Source of the DNA: a virus
Taxonomy: Duplodnaviria; Heunggongvirae; Uroviricota; Caudoviricetes
Virus record (IMG/VR): IMGVR_UViG_3300028048_001412
Location: 45,858 to 109,857 of that record
DNA length: 64,000 nt
Direction: 5' to 3' (one strand)
The position numbers and the translations under genes were made by a program. This document shows positions 1-8,791 of this stretch, in pieces (position 1 is the stretch's first letter; each line of letters opens with the position of its first letter). The notes under the pieces were generated by a model. The model did not search any database. It was not told the origin of the DNA and saw only the letters and a list, made by a program, of their open reading frames with translations.

Positions 1-1449
1 TGTTTTTTGATTTACTGTATAAGGTTTCCATCCATTATCTTCAAAATTATCCCATTGCCAATTTTGACCTTCATCATTATCTTGTTTAGTTAATACTGCT
101 GTTTTTGATTTATAAGATTCTCCTGTAAATTTACCATCATCAAATAATTCATCTATTTCTGAAGTATCTGCGTTATTTGAAATATTAGAACTATTATTGG
201 TATTTCCTGTATTATTTGATGGACTAGGATTAGGAATTACAATATTAGATTGATTATTTATTGAAATTGAATTATTTGGTGTTAATGGAGTAGAATTATT
301 TTGAGATGTTGAAAAATTACTACTTCCTGATTTATATTCTGATTGTTGTTTATTAAATAATGATAATAAATCATCTCCTACTTCAGAACTTCCTTTTTCT
401 TCTACGTTTTGTAATACCTGAATATTTCTATTATCTTGTTGAGGAACTGATGGTTGATAATTATTAGATTGATTACTTTGAGTAGTTTGAGAAGATTTAT
501 TTGAAGTAGATGATCCGCTTCCCCATGTTTGATATCCTTGTGAAGGATCATTTTTTGAATAATATTGAGGTCTCCAATAACCTTCATTATCAAACCAATA
601 ATAATAATTTTCCCAACCAGGTGCTCCTCCATTAGTAGTTATATAATACCATTTATTTCCTGAAGGATATTGACCATTGCCTTGATCAAACCAGTAACTA
701 CCTTCTGATCCTTTCCAAGTTCCTAAAGATATAGTAGGATAATTATTAGATGCTTTTGCACTAGAAGTACTTCCTCCAGATGAAGAAGATTTTGCATTTA
801 CATCTTTTCCTGTTTTACCATTATAAGTTTTACCATTTACTATTATATCATAATAAGTATTTATGTAATAACCTGACATTTCAGTAACTACATTATCTTC
901 GCCGGTTAATACTTCATAATATTGTTTAAATGCACTTTGCAATCTAGTTTTTAATTTTTTTAATGCATCTTCTGCTGAAACATTTGATTCTCCTGAATAT
1001 TCTGTTGAATTAACTTTAGTTTTTGCTTTATAATATTTAAATCCTTCAGGTAAAGCAGGCCCTTGAACTTCTTTTTTAGTTATTTCTAAAGTATATATAA
1101 AAATGACCCCTGTAGAATTATCTTTTCCGTATTGTTTATATAAAGAGTCTTTTATATCATAATCATTATATGTTTGTTTTAAAGAATTTAAAGTTTTAAC
1201 ATAAGAAGTATTTGCTGTATTTACGGTTATGCTTGCTTTTTCTTGATTAGAAACGGGATCTTTATAATAAATCACGTATAATGCTTGATTAGGACTTCTT
1301 TTAATGTCTGCAGTTGAAGTTCCTATAAGATAAGTAAGAGTTCCTTTTGATTCATTCCATATCCATTCAGAAGGATGTTTTGCAAATACACATGAAAAGA
1401 TATTTAAAATAAAAATATTTAATAAAATTAAAAATTTTAATTTTTTCAT
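1..1449 (-). CDS. Secreted protein with cell-wall-binding-type aromatic repeats and S/N/Q-rich linker; 3' end runs off the window (not in ORF track)
   Basis: Hand translation from ATG at 1449 (AAAGGA RBS) is open for 483 codons to the window edge. It begins MKKLKFLILLNIFILNIFSCVFA (signal peptide) and contains GSYWFDQGNGQYPSGNKWYYI and YYYWFDNEGYW. Confidence 0.85.
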   Translation of the reverse strand, partial: MKKLKFLILLNIFILNIFSCVFAKHPSEWIWNESKGTLTYLIGTSTADIKRSPNQALYVIYYKDPVSNQEKASITVNTANTSYVKTLNSLKQTYNDYDIKDSLYKQYGKDNSTGVIFIYTLEITKKEVQGPALPEGFKYYKAKTKVNSTEYSGESNVSAEDALKKLKTRLQSAFKQYYEVLTGEDNVVTEMSGYYINTYYDIIVNGKTYNGKTGKDVNAKSSSSGGSTSSAKASNNYPTISLGTWKGSEGSYWFDQGNGQYPSGNKWYYITTNGGAPGWENYYYWFDNEGYWRPQYYSKNDPSQGYQTWGSGSSTSNKSSQTTQSNQSNNYQPSVPQQDNRNIQVLQNVEEKGSSEVGDDLLSLFNKQQSEYKSGSSNFSTSQNNSTPLTPNNSISINNQSNIVIPNPSPSNNTGNTNNSSNISNNADTSEIDELFDDGKFTGESYKSKTAVLTKQDNDEGQNWQWDNFEDNGWKPYTVNQKT

Positions 1450-1467
1450 TTTAAATTATCCTTTTAA

Positions 1468-1827
1468 TTAATTGGTGATTCTACATGAGAATCTATGTAA
1501 AATATATCCATTGTTTAATTTAACTGGAGTTGCTGGTCCATAATAAGAAGGTTCAATATTATATGTTTTTCCAGTATTATTTTTTATTACTTCTTTTAAA
1601 TTATCAATTCCTTTTTGACTCATTTCAGGAATCATTGAACAATAATATTTATTATCTATTGTTATATCATAAATATACATATCTTGTCCAAATTTAATTT
1701 TTGAATTATTTACTAAATCTTCAAATTTATTTACTTCAATTTTAGCAATATTTTGTGCAAAACAATTGAAAGATAAAGAAAATAATAAACAAATCCCTAC
1801 AATTATTCTAAATATATTCTTTTTCAC
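1468..1827 (-). CDS. Small secreted hypothetical protein
   Basis: N-terminal signal peptide ending CFA; GTG start; tightly packed in operon. Confidence 0.75.
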   Translation of the reverse strand: MKKNIFRIIVGICLLFSLSFNCFAQNIAKIEVNKFEDLVNNSKIKFGQDMYIYDITIDNKYYCSMIPEMSQKGIDNLKEVIKNNTGKTYNIEPSYYGPATPVKLNNGYILHRFSCRITN

Positions 1828-1851
1828 TTTTAATCACCATCCTATAATTAA

Positions 1852-2364
1852 TTATCTTTTATCTTTTAATTCTGTTAATTGAGCTCTTAATCTAGAAAGT
1901 TCAATTACCATATTTGATATATCAACCGGATCTTCTCCATTTTCTCTTGCTCTTTTTACTTCTTCTTGTAAATTATCTATTTCTTTAAGTAATCTTTTTT
2001 CTTCTTCATTTTCAGTATTTTCTATAACTTGGTCTGAAAAAGTAGAACCGTTCCAATTACCATGATCATCATAAATTCCTGTCTCTGCTTCCATTTTAAC
2101 AGTTGAAGCTTCTGTAGATTTTTGGATCACCTCCTTAACAACCTTCTTTTTTGGTTTAGTAATAACTTTAGTATTTTTCTTTACTACTTTTTTAGTCTCT
2201 TTCTTTTTAGTATTAGTAGTTTTCTTTTTAGTTGCCGGCTTCTTATTTGTCTTTTTAGAAGCTTTAGAAGTTGATTTTTTAACTGCTTGCTTTTTAGCTT
2301 TTGCTTTAGTTGCTTTTGGTTTATTTACTTTCTTAACTGTTGCTTTCTTTTTTACTGTCTTCAT
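1852..2364 (-). CDS. Lys/Thr/Ala-rich (histone H1-like) protein with acidic C-terminal domain
   Basis: First ~80 aa: KKKATVKKVNKPKATKAKAKKQAVKKSTSKASKKTNKKPATKKK; C-terminal half is E/D-rich and coiled-coil-like. Confidence 0.7.
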   Translation of the reverse strand: MKTVKKKATVKKVNKPKATKAKAKKQAVKKSTSKASKKTNKKPATKKKTTNTKKKETKKVVKKNTKVITKPKKKVVKEVIQKSTEASTVKMEAETGIYDDHGNWNGSTFSDQVIENTENEEEKRLLKEIDNLQEEVKRARENGEDPVDISNMVIELSRLRAQLTELKDKR

Positions 2365-2422
2365 TTCTTTTTCTCACTCTAACTTATTTTTTAAGTAAGT
2401 TCCTTTCATTTTAAATATATTC

Positions 2423-2602
2423 TTACTGAATTTCTGAAAGATCTATTGGAATTTGAAATAGACCTTCAAATAAATCCATAATCGACATTTCTTTTTTAGT
2501 TTCTTGGGTTTTATTATTTTTTATTATAATTGAATAATCTTCTATATTTTCATCAGGTTTAATTCCTAATATTAAAGATAATTCTTTTACATTTAAATTC
2601 AC
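2423..2602 (-). CDS. Small hypothetical protein, 59 aa (not in ORF track)
   Basis: GTG start; MNLNVKELSLILGIKPDENIEDYSIIIKNNKTQETKKEMSIMDLFEGLFQIPIDLSEIQ*; fills the gap between co-oriented genes; weak RBS. Confidence 0.55.
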   Translation of the reverse strand: MNLNVKELSLILGIKPDENIEDYSIIIKNNKTQETKKEMSIMDLFEGLFQIPIDLSEIQ

Positions 2603-2610
2603 TCTTTCTA

Positions 2611-3204
2611 TTACCTCTTAATTAACTGAGCTATATATTGTGCTGTTTTGGCTGTTGGATAAATATCTTGTTTATTTGATACATAATGTATAGGTTTAAA
2701 TGTTTTATATTGATTTAATAATAATTCTTCATTTGAAAATATATTTTTAATTCCTATTTTCTTTGTTGGAACTTGATTTTCAAATGAATAAGAATTTAAT
2801 AATATATCTATATTTGGTTCTTTATAATTATCAGATTTAAATACATTATCTTGTGTTCTATATGAATATTCAGGCCTTGATAATAATAATCCTAAAAAAC
2901 TAATTTGAATTAACATAGATTCATTAGGTTTTAAATCTTTAGATTTTATAGAACAATCTATATCTAAATATTTTATATTTTTTATAATATTATTACTATT
3001 GTTTAATATTTCATATCCTACTATTTCTGCTATTTCATTACTTTGTTCTATTATAAAAGGCAATGTATTTTGATTTATTTCTGAAGAATTATAAGAATAT
3101 GACATAAGAGCTAATTTATTTAATATTTTTATATCATTTGAATGAGAACCTAATTGTTCTAATAATGTTTTATTTTCTTTTGCTAAAGTAGCTATATTAC
3201 TCAT
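2611..3204 (-). CDS. Hypothetical protein
   Basis: 197-aa ORF with GGGAGA RBS, in operon. Confidence 0.75.
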   Translation of the reverse strand: MSNIATLAKENKTLLEQLGSHSNDIKILNKLALMSYSYNSSEINQNTLPFIIEQSNEIAEIVGYEILNNSNNIIKNIKYLDIDCSIKSKDLKPNESMLIQISFLGLLLSRPEYSYRTQDNVFKSDNYKEPNIDILLNSYSFENQVPTKKIGIKNIFSNEELLLNQYKTFKPIHYVSNKQDIYPTAKTAQYIAQLIKR

Positions 3205-3221
3205 CTAAAATATAATCTCCC

Positions 3222-4115
3222 TTAAGCTCTTACTAAAATACTACTATTATGATTTTCTTTAATTAATTTATCTGTTATATAAAATTTTGTCTTTATATTA
3301 TTCTTATTATTAACTTTATTAAATACTTGTTCTAAATAATTAGGAATATTCATGCTTTCTTCATACACTTTATGTAAAAATTGTTTTGCAAATTCTATTC
3401 CGCCTTCTGAATATTCTAATATTTTTGGAAAAGATAATAATGCAGATGTCCATTCACTTATTAAATCTATAAAATTATTACTATTTACTAATTGTTTTGT
3501 ATTTGATGGAGCTAATGATAATATAAAGTCTAATTCTTGTTTTTTAGATAGTTTTCCTATTAAAGCTTTATTTCCACTATTTATCGCATTTATATGATCT
3601 TCTATTTTTTTAGATTCATCAGATAAATTCCATTTTTCTTTCTGTAATAATTTAGTAGGTTTAATATCATCTTCTATATAATCTATCTTTTCAACTAATT
3701 CATAATCTCCTTTAATTGAAGATATGTAAGAATTATTTACTACTTTACCATTAGTAATTCCATTTTCTCTTGCTATCTTAACTATATTTTTTTCATTTTC
3801 AAATAATATATCACCTTTAAAATTAGAAACGCAAAATCCTTTTTCTCCATTATGATTAGTTCTACATAATATAGTTATTGCAGTTCTGTTTTCTTCTCCA
3901 CCTTTAAAAAAACAAGGATATCTTAAAATATTACCATTAGTCCCTTCTAACATTGTTCTATTAAATTTTGCATTTTCGCATTTAATTTTTTTAAAGTCGG
4001 AAGGATTTAATTTTAATAATTTAAATTCTTTATTTAAATCAGTCGATATTACACATAATTCTGTTATAGAAGAATTTTGAGATTCTTTTCTATAACTCAC
4101 TAAAAAGTTTTTCAC
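3222..4115 (-). CDS. Hypothetical protein with an element-specific N-terminal module (ENxxFN...RYP...G-F-x-VSNFKG...ITNGKVV)
   Basis: 297-aa ORF; module resembles segments of 44024..48100, 49930..50961 and 7907..8704. Confidence 0.75.
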   Translation of the reverse strand: MKNFLVSYRKESQNSSITELCVISTDLNKEFKLLKLNPSDFKKIKCENAKFNRTMLEGTNGNILRYPCFFKGGEENRTAITILCRTNHNGEKGFCVSNFKGDILFENEKNIVKIARENGITNGKVVNNSYISSIKGDYELVEKIDYIEDDIKPTKLLQKEKWNLSDESKKIEDHINAINSGNKALIGKLSKKQELDFILSLAPSNTKQLVNSNNFIDLISEWTSALLSFPKILEYSEGGIEFAKQFLHKVYEESMNIPNYLEQVFNKVNNKNNIKTKFYITDKLIKENHNSSILVRA

Positions 4116-4130
4116 AATTAATATATCCTT

Positions 4131-4895
4131 TTAAATGTTCCAATAATAGATACGATTACTTTGATTTTTACCTTTTAGGCTCTCATGATTTTCTTTTTGC
4201 CAGTCATTCATTACTTCACCATCTTTATCAAACCAAATTTCAAAATAAGTATCATCTCCATTAAAATTAAATACCACATAAGATTTATTTTGTCTAAATG
4301 TATTTACCAATTTTCCAGGACATACTATATTCTTTTTAGTATCTTCATCTTTTATAGTAATTTTAATTGTTTTTTCCAACCCAGTTCTAGTTTTAATTTT
4401 AGAAACATCTGAAATAGATTTAATAATCAAATTATCACAAAATCTTTTGTTACCTATTAAAGTTACTTCTGGAAGAATTAAATAACCTTCTTTCTTATCT
4501 TCAAGTACTTTACAACCTCTTTTTCTCATCATATTAACTATATCTTTATCTTTGGTTGCTATAATTGCTTCCATTGGAATAGGTTTTCTTTCTTCAACTT
4601 CACTAACAATAAGTCTCTTTTTATCTTGTTCAAATTTATGAATATCAAATATATATAATTTTGAAGAATTAGAGAAATATAAGCATTTATTATCTAAACA
4701 TACAAATAAAGTATTACTATTTTTATTTAGAAATTCTAATTCTTTAGAAGATAATTGACTATGGTCTTCTTTTAAGTATCCTTTAACATCTTCTACATTA
4801 TTATAACTGATTTCATAAAAGAATCTACAAGTTCCTAAAGAAGATATTTTGAAAGTATCTTTTCTTTTGTCACCTATGAAAATAAGTTTTAACAT
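4131..4895 (-). CDS. Hypothetical protein
   Basis: 254-aa ORF in operon; no recognised motif. Confidence 0.75.
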   Translation of the reverse strand: MLKLIFIGDKRKDTFKISSLGTCRFFYEISYNNVEDVKGYLKEDHSQLSSKELEFLNKNSNTLFVCLDNKCLYFSNSSKLYIFDIHKFEQDKKRLIVSEVEERKPIPMEAIIATKDKDIVNMMRKRGCKVLEDKKEGYLILPEVTLIGNKRFCDNLIIKSISDVSKIKTRTGLEKTIKITIKDEDTKKNIVCPGKLVNTFRQNKSYVVFNFNGDDTYFEIWFDKDGEVMNDWQKENHESLKGKNQSNRIYYWNI

Positions 4896-4919
4896 TATCT
4901 CTAATCCTTTTCTTTAATT

Positions 4920-6329
4920 TTAAATTTTATTTTCTTCCATATCTTTTTGCTCATCATATCCTTCTTCCCATTCATATTTCTTTTCTTTAGTACTTATAGG
5001 AATAATTTTAGTTGCAAGTTTGATATGATTTGCTATTTCTTGTAATATATCTGAAAGCTTTAATTCTAGTACTTCTCCATCTAATAAACCTTTTCTTTTT
5101 GCTTCTATAACTGCTCTTTTTTCACACCATAATATTTTAGCATTTAATTCTCTTATTCCAAATCTTTGTTTATTAGCATATGTATCTACAATTCCTATTT
5201 GTTCTTCATCTACATCTTCTATAAGTTTAAACATTTTATTCTTTTTTACTTCGAGTTTTATATAAGGCACATAATGTTCAGGAACGTAAAATACTGATCT
5301 TAATTGAAATCTTGATAAGAAAGCTTCATCTATATTTGATTCAAAGTTAGAAGCCGCCATTACAATTAGTCTAGATTCTTTAGATTCATTTTGCTCGTTT
5401 AATACCTGCATTATATAGTTAGTACATCTATTATCTGCTAAACTAGCCTTATTATTTTCTCTTGATTGAGCTAATCCATCACACTCATCCATAAATAATA
5501 TACAAGGCTGATTTTTCGGATTGGTTACAAAGTCAAATATCTTTCTTAAGTTTGGTAATCCTGATTCTGGATTTTCTAAAGTAGAAGATATATCAACTAT
5601 ATAAATAGGTAATTTTAATTCAGTGGCCATTATCTTTGCTAAAAATGTATTATGAGTAGGAATATAATTATTGCATAAATAAGTTTGATCTCTACTTTCT
5701 ACCATAAAACATATGGCTTCATCTTTACCTACATATTCTATATTTTTTATGTGTGCAATTTTATTATAACAATGTTCATTAGTTAATGGTCTAATTATAT
5801 AGTATTTATTATAATCGTTTTCTTCTAATAATTTATCAGTAGTTATATCTAAAGGTTCATCGTCTTTTAACCATAATCTATTTATATGATCTTTAGTTAC
5901 TTCTATATAAGAATCATCGTCAAATGTAATTTTATAAATATCCATTATTCCTTGAGGAAATTTACCACATACAGTAGTTAATTTACCTCTACCATCACAT
6001 ATTTCTTCACCTATTCTAACATTTCTTGCTTCAGTGAAATTCCATTTAGTAACAATTAATGTATTAGCTCTAACTGCTTTTCCTAAACCAGGTGCTCCAG
6101 TAAATAGAATAGTTCTAGTAGTTCCTAAATTATAATCATATAAATCTTGAGCGGCTTTAAATTCTTCCATAAAGTCTCTCGCCTGATCTTTTATTTTAGC
6201 ATTTTTATCAAGTAATAAAATATCATCCATTTTATTATTATTGTCTGTAAATGCTAAAACTAAATCTTTTATATCATCATAAGTAGTTGTCCATTTACCT
6301 TTAATTTGACTTTCTTTTTTCTCTGACAT
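4920..6329 (-). CDS. Classic AAA ATPase (SpoVK/FtsH/Cdc48-like single domain) interrupted by an intein
   Basis: Walker A GAPGLGK|T is split by an insert; Walker B ILFMDECD; sensor/SRH MAASNFESNIDEAFLSRF. Confidence 0.9.
   Translation of the reverse strand: MSEKKESQIKGKWTTTYDDIKDLVLAFTDNNNKMDDILLLDKNAKIKDQARDFMEEFKAAQDLYDYNLGTTRTILFTGAPGLGKAVRANTLIVTKWNFTEARNVRIGEEICDGRGKLTTVCGKFPQGIMDIYKITFDDDSYIEVTKDHINRLWLKDDEPLDITTDKLLEENDYNKYYIIRPLTNEHCYNKIAHIKNIEYVGKDEAICFMVESRDQTYLCNNYIPTHNTFLAKIMATELKLPIYIVDISSTLENPESGLPNLRKIFDFVTNPKNQPCILFMDECDGLAQSRENNKASLADNRCTNYIMQVLNEQNESKESRLIVMAASNFESNIDEAFLSRFQLRSVFYVPEHYVPYIKLEVKKNKMFKLIEDVDEEQIGIVDTYANKQRFGIRELNAKILWCEKRAVIEAKRKGLLDGEVLELKLSDILQEIANHIKLATKIIPISTKEKKYEWEEGYDEQKDMEENKI
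5649..6077 (-). mobile_element. Mini-intein (143 aa), Ala1 start, class 3-like
   Basis: Starts AVRANTLI after GLGK; block B TKDH; block F AICFMV (Cys); block G IPTHN; +1 Thr; no endonuclease domain. Confidence 0.88.
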
Positions 6330-6355
6330 TTATATAAACCTCAATTAATTATAAT

Positions 6356-6979
6356 TTATGAAATATAATCTGCTTGTGTTAATTCTATAGTATATCTTAT
6401 TCCGTCATGTGGATCTATCATCTCATTTTCTTGAATAGTAGCAATTTTTTTATTTATTTGAGCTAATACTCCATTTAAATCTGTTATATCTTCTTTAGTT
6501 AAATAAAATCCGTGAATATTCTTTTTATAATTAGTTTTATTTTTAGAATCTTCAAGAATTATTGTTTTAATTCTATCTCCATTCATTTTATATAAATAAA
6601 CATCTATTCTATTTTCTTTAACTGTTTTTATATAATCTCTAAAATATTCTAATTCCGATTGTCTAATTTTATTTAAATCTATTTTATTCTTACGTCTAGG
6701 AAATTTAGGATTTGCTTGATAAGTTTTTTCAAACATTTCATTAGCAACAGTTTGATAAATATCTTTATTAAAAATTAAAGTAGTTGCATCATCAGTTTTC
6801 TTTACTTTTAATACATTATCTACTTTTTCTCCAACTTGAATAATAGATTGTTTTACTCTATTAATTTCTTTATCTAAATTAGGTTCATCTACATAATTTA
6901 TCCAATAAACTCCATTTAATACAGCTGTTCCAATAAAGTTAGCACCTAATTCCATAAATTTATTTTTTGGATATTTCAT
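6356..6979 (-). CDS. Hypothetical protein
   Basis: 207-aa ORF in operon. Confidence 0.75.
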   Translation of the reverse strand: MKYPKNKFMELGANFIGTAVLNGVYWINYVDEPNLDKEINRVKQSIIQVGEKVDNVLKVKKTDDATTLIFNKDIYQTVANEMFEKTYQANPKFPRRKNKIDLNKIRQSELEYFRDYIKTVKENRIDVYLYKMNGDRIKTIILEDSKNKTNYKKNIHGFYLTKEDITDLNGVLAQINKKIATIQENEMIDPHDGIRYTIELTQADYIS

Positions 6980-6988
6980 AGTTAAAAA

Positions 6989-7888
6989 TTACCTCACATA
7001 TAAAGAATTTTTCCTAACTTTTATATTGCTAATTAAGTTATCAGCGGCAGTCATTCCATAATTATCATATATTAAGAAATCATATTGAATCATATTTCCA
7101 CCTACATTACAAAGTCCTACTCTATATGTAGCTTGAATTTCTTTATTTCCATCTACTTCTACTTTAATATTAACATCTGAATCTTCACCTAATTTCCAAT
7201 ATTCTAATTGATCTATATCTATAATTGAAGTTGCTGGAACTGTTAATTCTTGACCATTTGTAGTAGTATCTATAATTGAAATTGTTCCATATCCTTCTTC
7301 ACCTACTTGATTATTATTACAATATATTTGTCTCTTTTTAGAAGCAGTTATATTATTATTATCAAAGAAGTGTCTTATAAAATCATCATAAGTATATTCG
7401 GGCTCCCAATCACCTTTATATTTATATAATCTTATCAATCCATATGCGTGTTCAGGAATACATACATTAACTTCACTAGTATTAGTTTTAGTATTCCAAC
7501 TATCAGTATTTATAGAAACTATTCCACCAAAATCTACACTTGCTTCTAGTCCTATTTTTTCTACATCCATATCTTCTTCATCGATAAGAAAATTATTAAG
7601 AACTATCTTATCACTTATTTTATTATAAGTCCATTTGCCTGCTTGTAATACAGATTTCTTTTTGAAAGCACCTAAAGTTTTATAGCTTTCATCATAAATG
7701 GCAATTTCTTTTCTTAATTGATCATTTTCATCTACTACTTCATCATATTCTTCAGCAGAATAAGTAGTAGTATTTTGAGAATCATCTTCTTTCTTATCTT
7801 TTTTATTTCCTATTGATTTACAAGCAAATAGATTTAAAGTCAATATTCCAATTAAGAATATACTTAAAATTTTTTTCATTATTCGCAC
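6989..7888 (-). CDS. Putative lipoprotein
   Basis: MKKILSIFLIGILTLNLFAC lipobox, then a short coiled coil and a globular domain. Confidence 0.75.
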   Translation of the reverse strand: MRIMKKILSIFLIGILTLNLFACKSIGNKKDKKEDDSQNTTTYSAEEYDEVVDENDQLRKEIAIYDESYKTLGAFKKKSVLQAGKWTYNKISDKIVLNNFLIDEEDMDVEKIGLEASVDFGGIVSINTDSWNTKTNTSEVNVCIPEHAYGLIRLYKYKGDWEPEYTYDDFIRHFFDNNNITASKKRQIYCNNNQVGEEGYGTISIIDTTTNGQELTVPATSIIDIDQLEYWKLGEDSDVNIKVEVDGNKEIQATYRVGLCNVGGNMIQYDFLIYDNYGMTAADNLISNIKVRKNSLYVR

Positions 7889-7906
7889 CTACCGAAATAA
7901 ATATTT

Positions 7907-8704
7907 TTATGATTTATAATCTTGATCTAAATCAGCTAATACTAATCCAATTCCTTGTAATATTTGTTGCCCACCTTTATTAACTAATTTAGCATTTTTA
8001 ATTTTCTTTTGTCCTGCTAATTTATTAACTTCTTGTTTTGGAAGTTGTAATGTTTCTCCTGTACTATCATCTTGTAATAAATATCCCCAATGTTTAGTTC
8101 CACCTGCTTGAGTTTCTTCAAATAATGATTTAGTAATAATATATTGACCATTCTTATATGAAACATCTTTATCTTTAGACCAATCTTCTGATGCTTTAGT
8201 TGATTTAGCAGGAGTATCAAAAATATTAGAGAAATTATCTTCAGTATTTATATTATTAGAATTATCAACTCCATAAGAATTACCTCTTATTCCATTCTTA
8301 TGATTACTTACAGCTTTTTTCAAATCAGGCATTTCAGTAGTTTTAATCTCCATTATAAACATTTTATAATTTTCATAAAGTTTAGGCGGATTAGTCATTA
8401 AAACTACATCTCCAATATTTATAGGTTTTCCATCTATTGTTAAATTATCATGATTTGCAATAATATATGCACAAGGAGAATTTACTAACTTTTTAGCTAC
8501 CACTTGAATATTTTTTCTCATTTTAGATTTAATGAATTTTCTATTATCACTTAATAGTAATTTAGAAGGGTCAACTATTTCTTTTTGACCACTAATTCTT
8601 CCGGTAAATTCCAATTCACCTTTTTTATTTAAAGACACTAATCCTAATTCATATTCAATAGTACATTTTGTGAAAAAATCATCATTAAGTTCTCTTATAT
8701 CCAT
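7907..8704 (-). CDS. Hypothetical protein; C-terminal module WGYLLQDDSTGE...KIKNAKLV
   Basis: 265-aa ORF, first gene after box-promoter A; AGGAG RBS. Confidence 0.75.
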   Translation of the reverse strand: MDIRELNDDFFTKCTIEYELGLVSLNKKGELEFTGRISGQKEIVDPSKLLLSDNRKFIKSKMRKNIQVVAKKLVNSPCAYIIANHDNLTIDGKPINIGDVVLMTNPPKLYENYKMFIMEIKTTEMPDLKKAVSNHKNGIRGNSYGVDNSNNINTEDNFSNIFDTPAKSTKASEDWSKDKDVSYKNGQYIITKSLFEETQAGGTKHWGYLLQDDSTGETLQLPKQEVNKLAGQKKIKNAKLVNKGGQQILQGIGLVLADLDQDYKS

Positions 8705-8737
8705 ATTATTAATTCCTTTTCTCCTTCTATTAATATA

Positions 8738-8780
8738 ATTATATATTTTAATTATTTGTTTTTTAATAAAATATATTATA
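8738..8780 (-). promoter_or_regulatory. Box-type promoter A (15-bp box - N22 - TATAAT)
   Basis: TATAATATATTTTAT-taaaaaacaaataattaaaata-TATAAT, ~34 nt before the 8704 start. Confidence 0.7.
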
Positions 8781-8791
8781 AATGGTTAAAA

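Noticed and set aside
402-632. 76-aa minus-strand ORF in the track
   Set aside because: It is an alternative frame nested inside the real 483-codon ORF 1..1449, which has a signal peptide and RBS.
2374-2409. 11-codon mini-ORF (MKGTYLKNKLE) and weak AACTTA/TAAGTT hairpin upstream of the H1-like gene
   Set aside because: Too short and too AT-rich to distinguish from chance.
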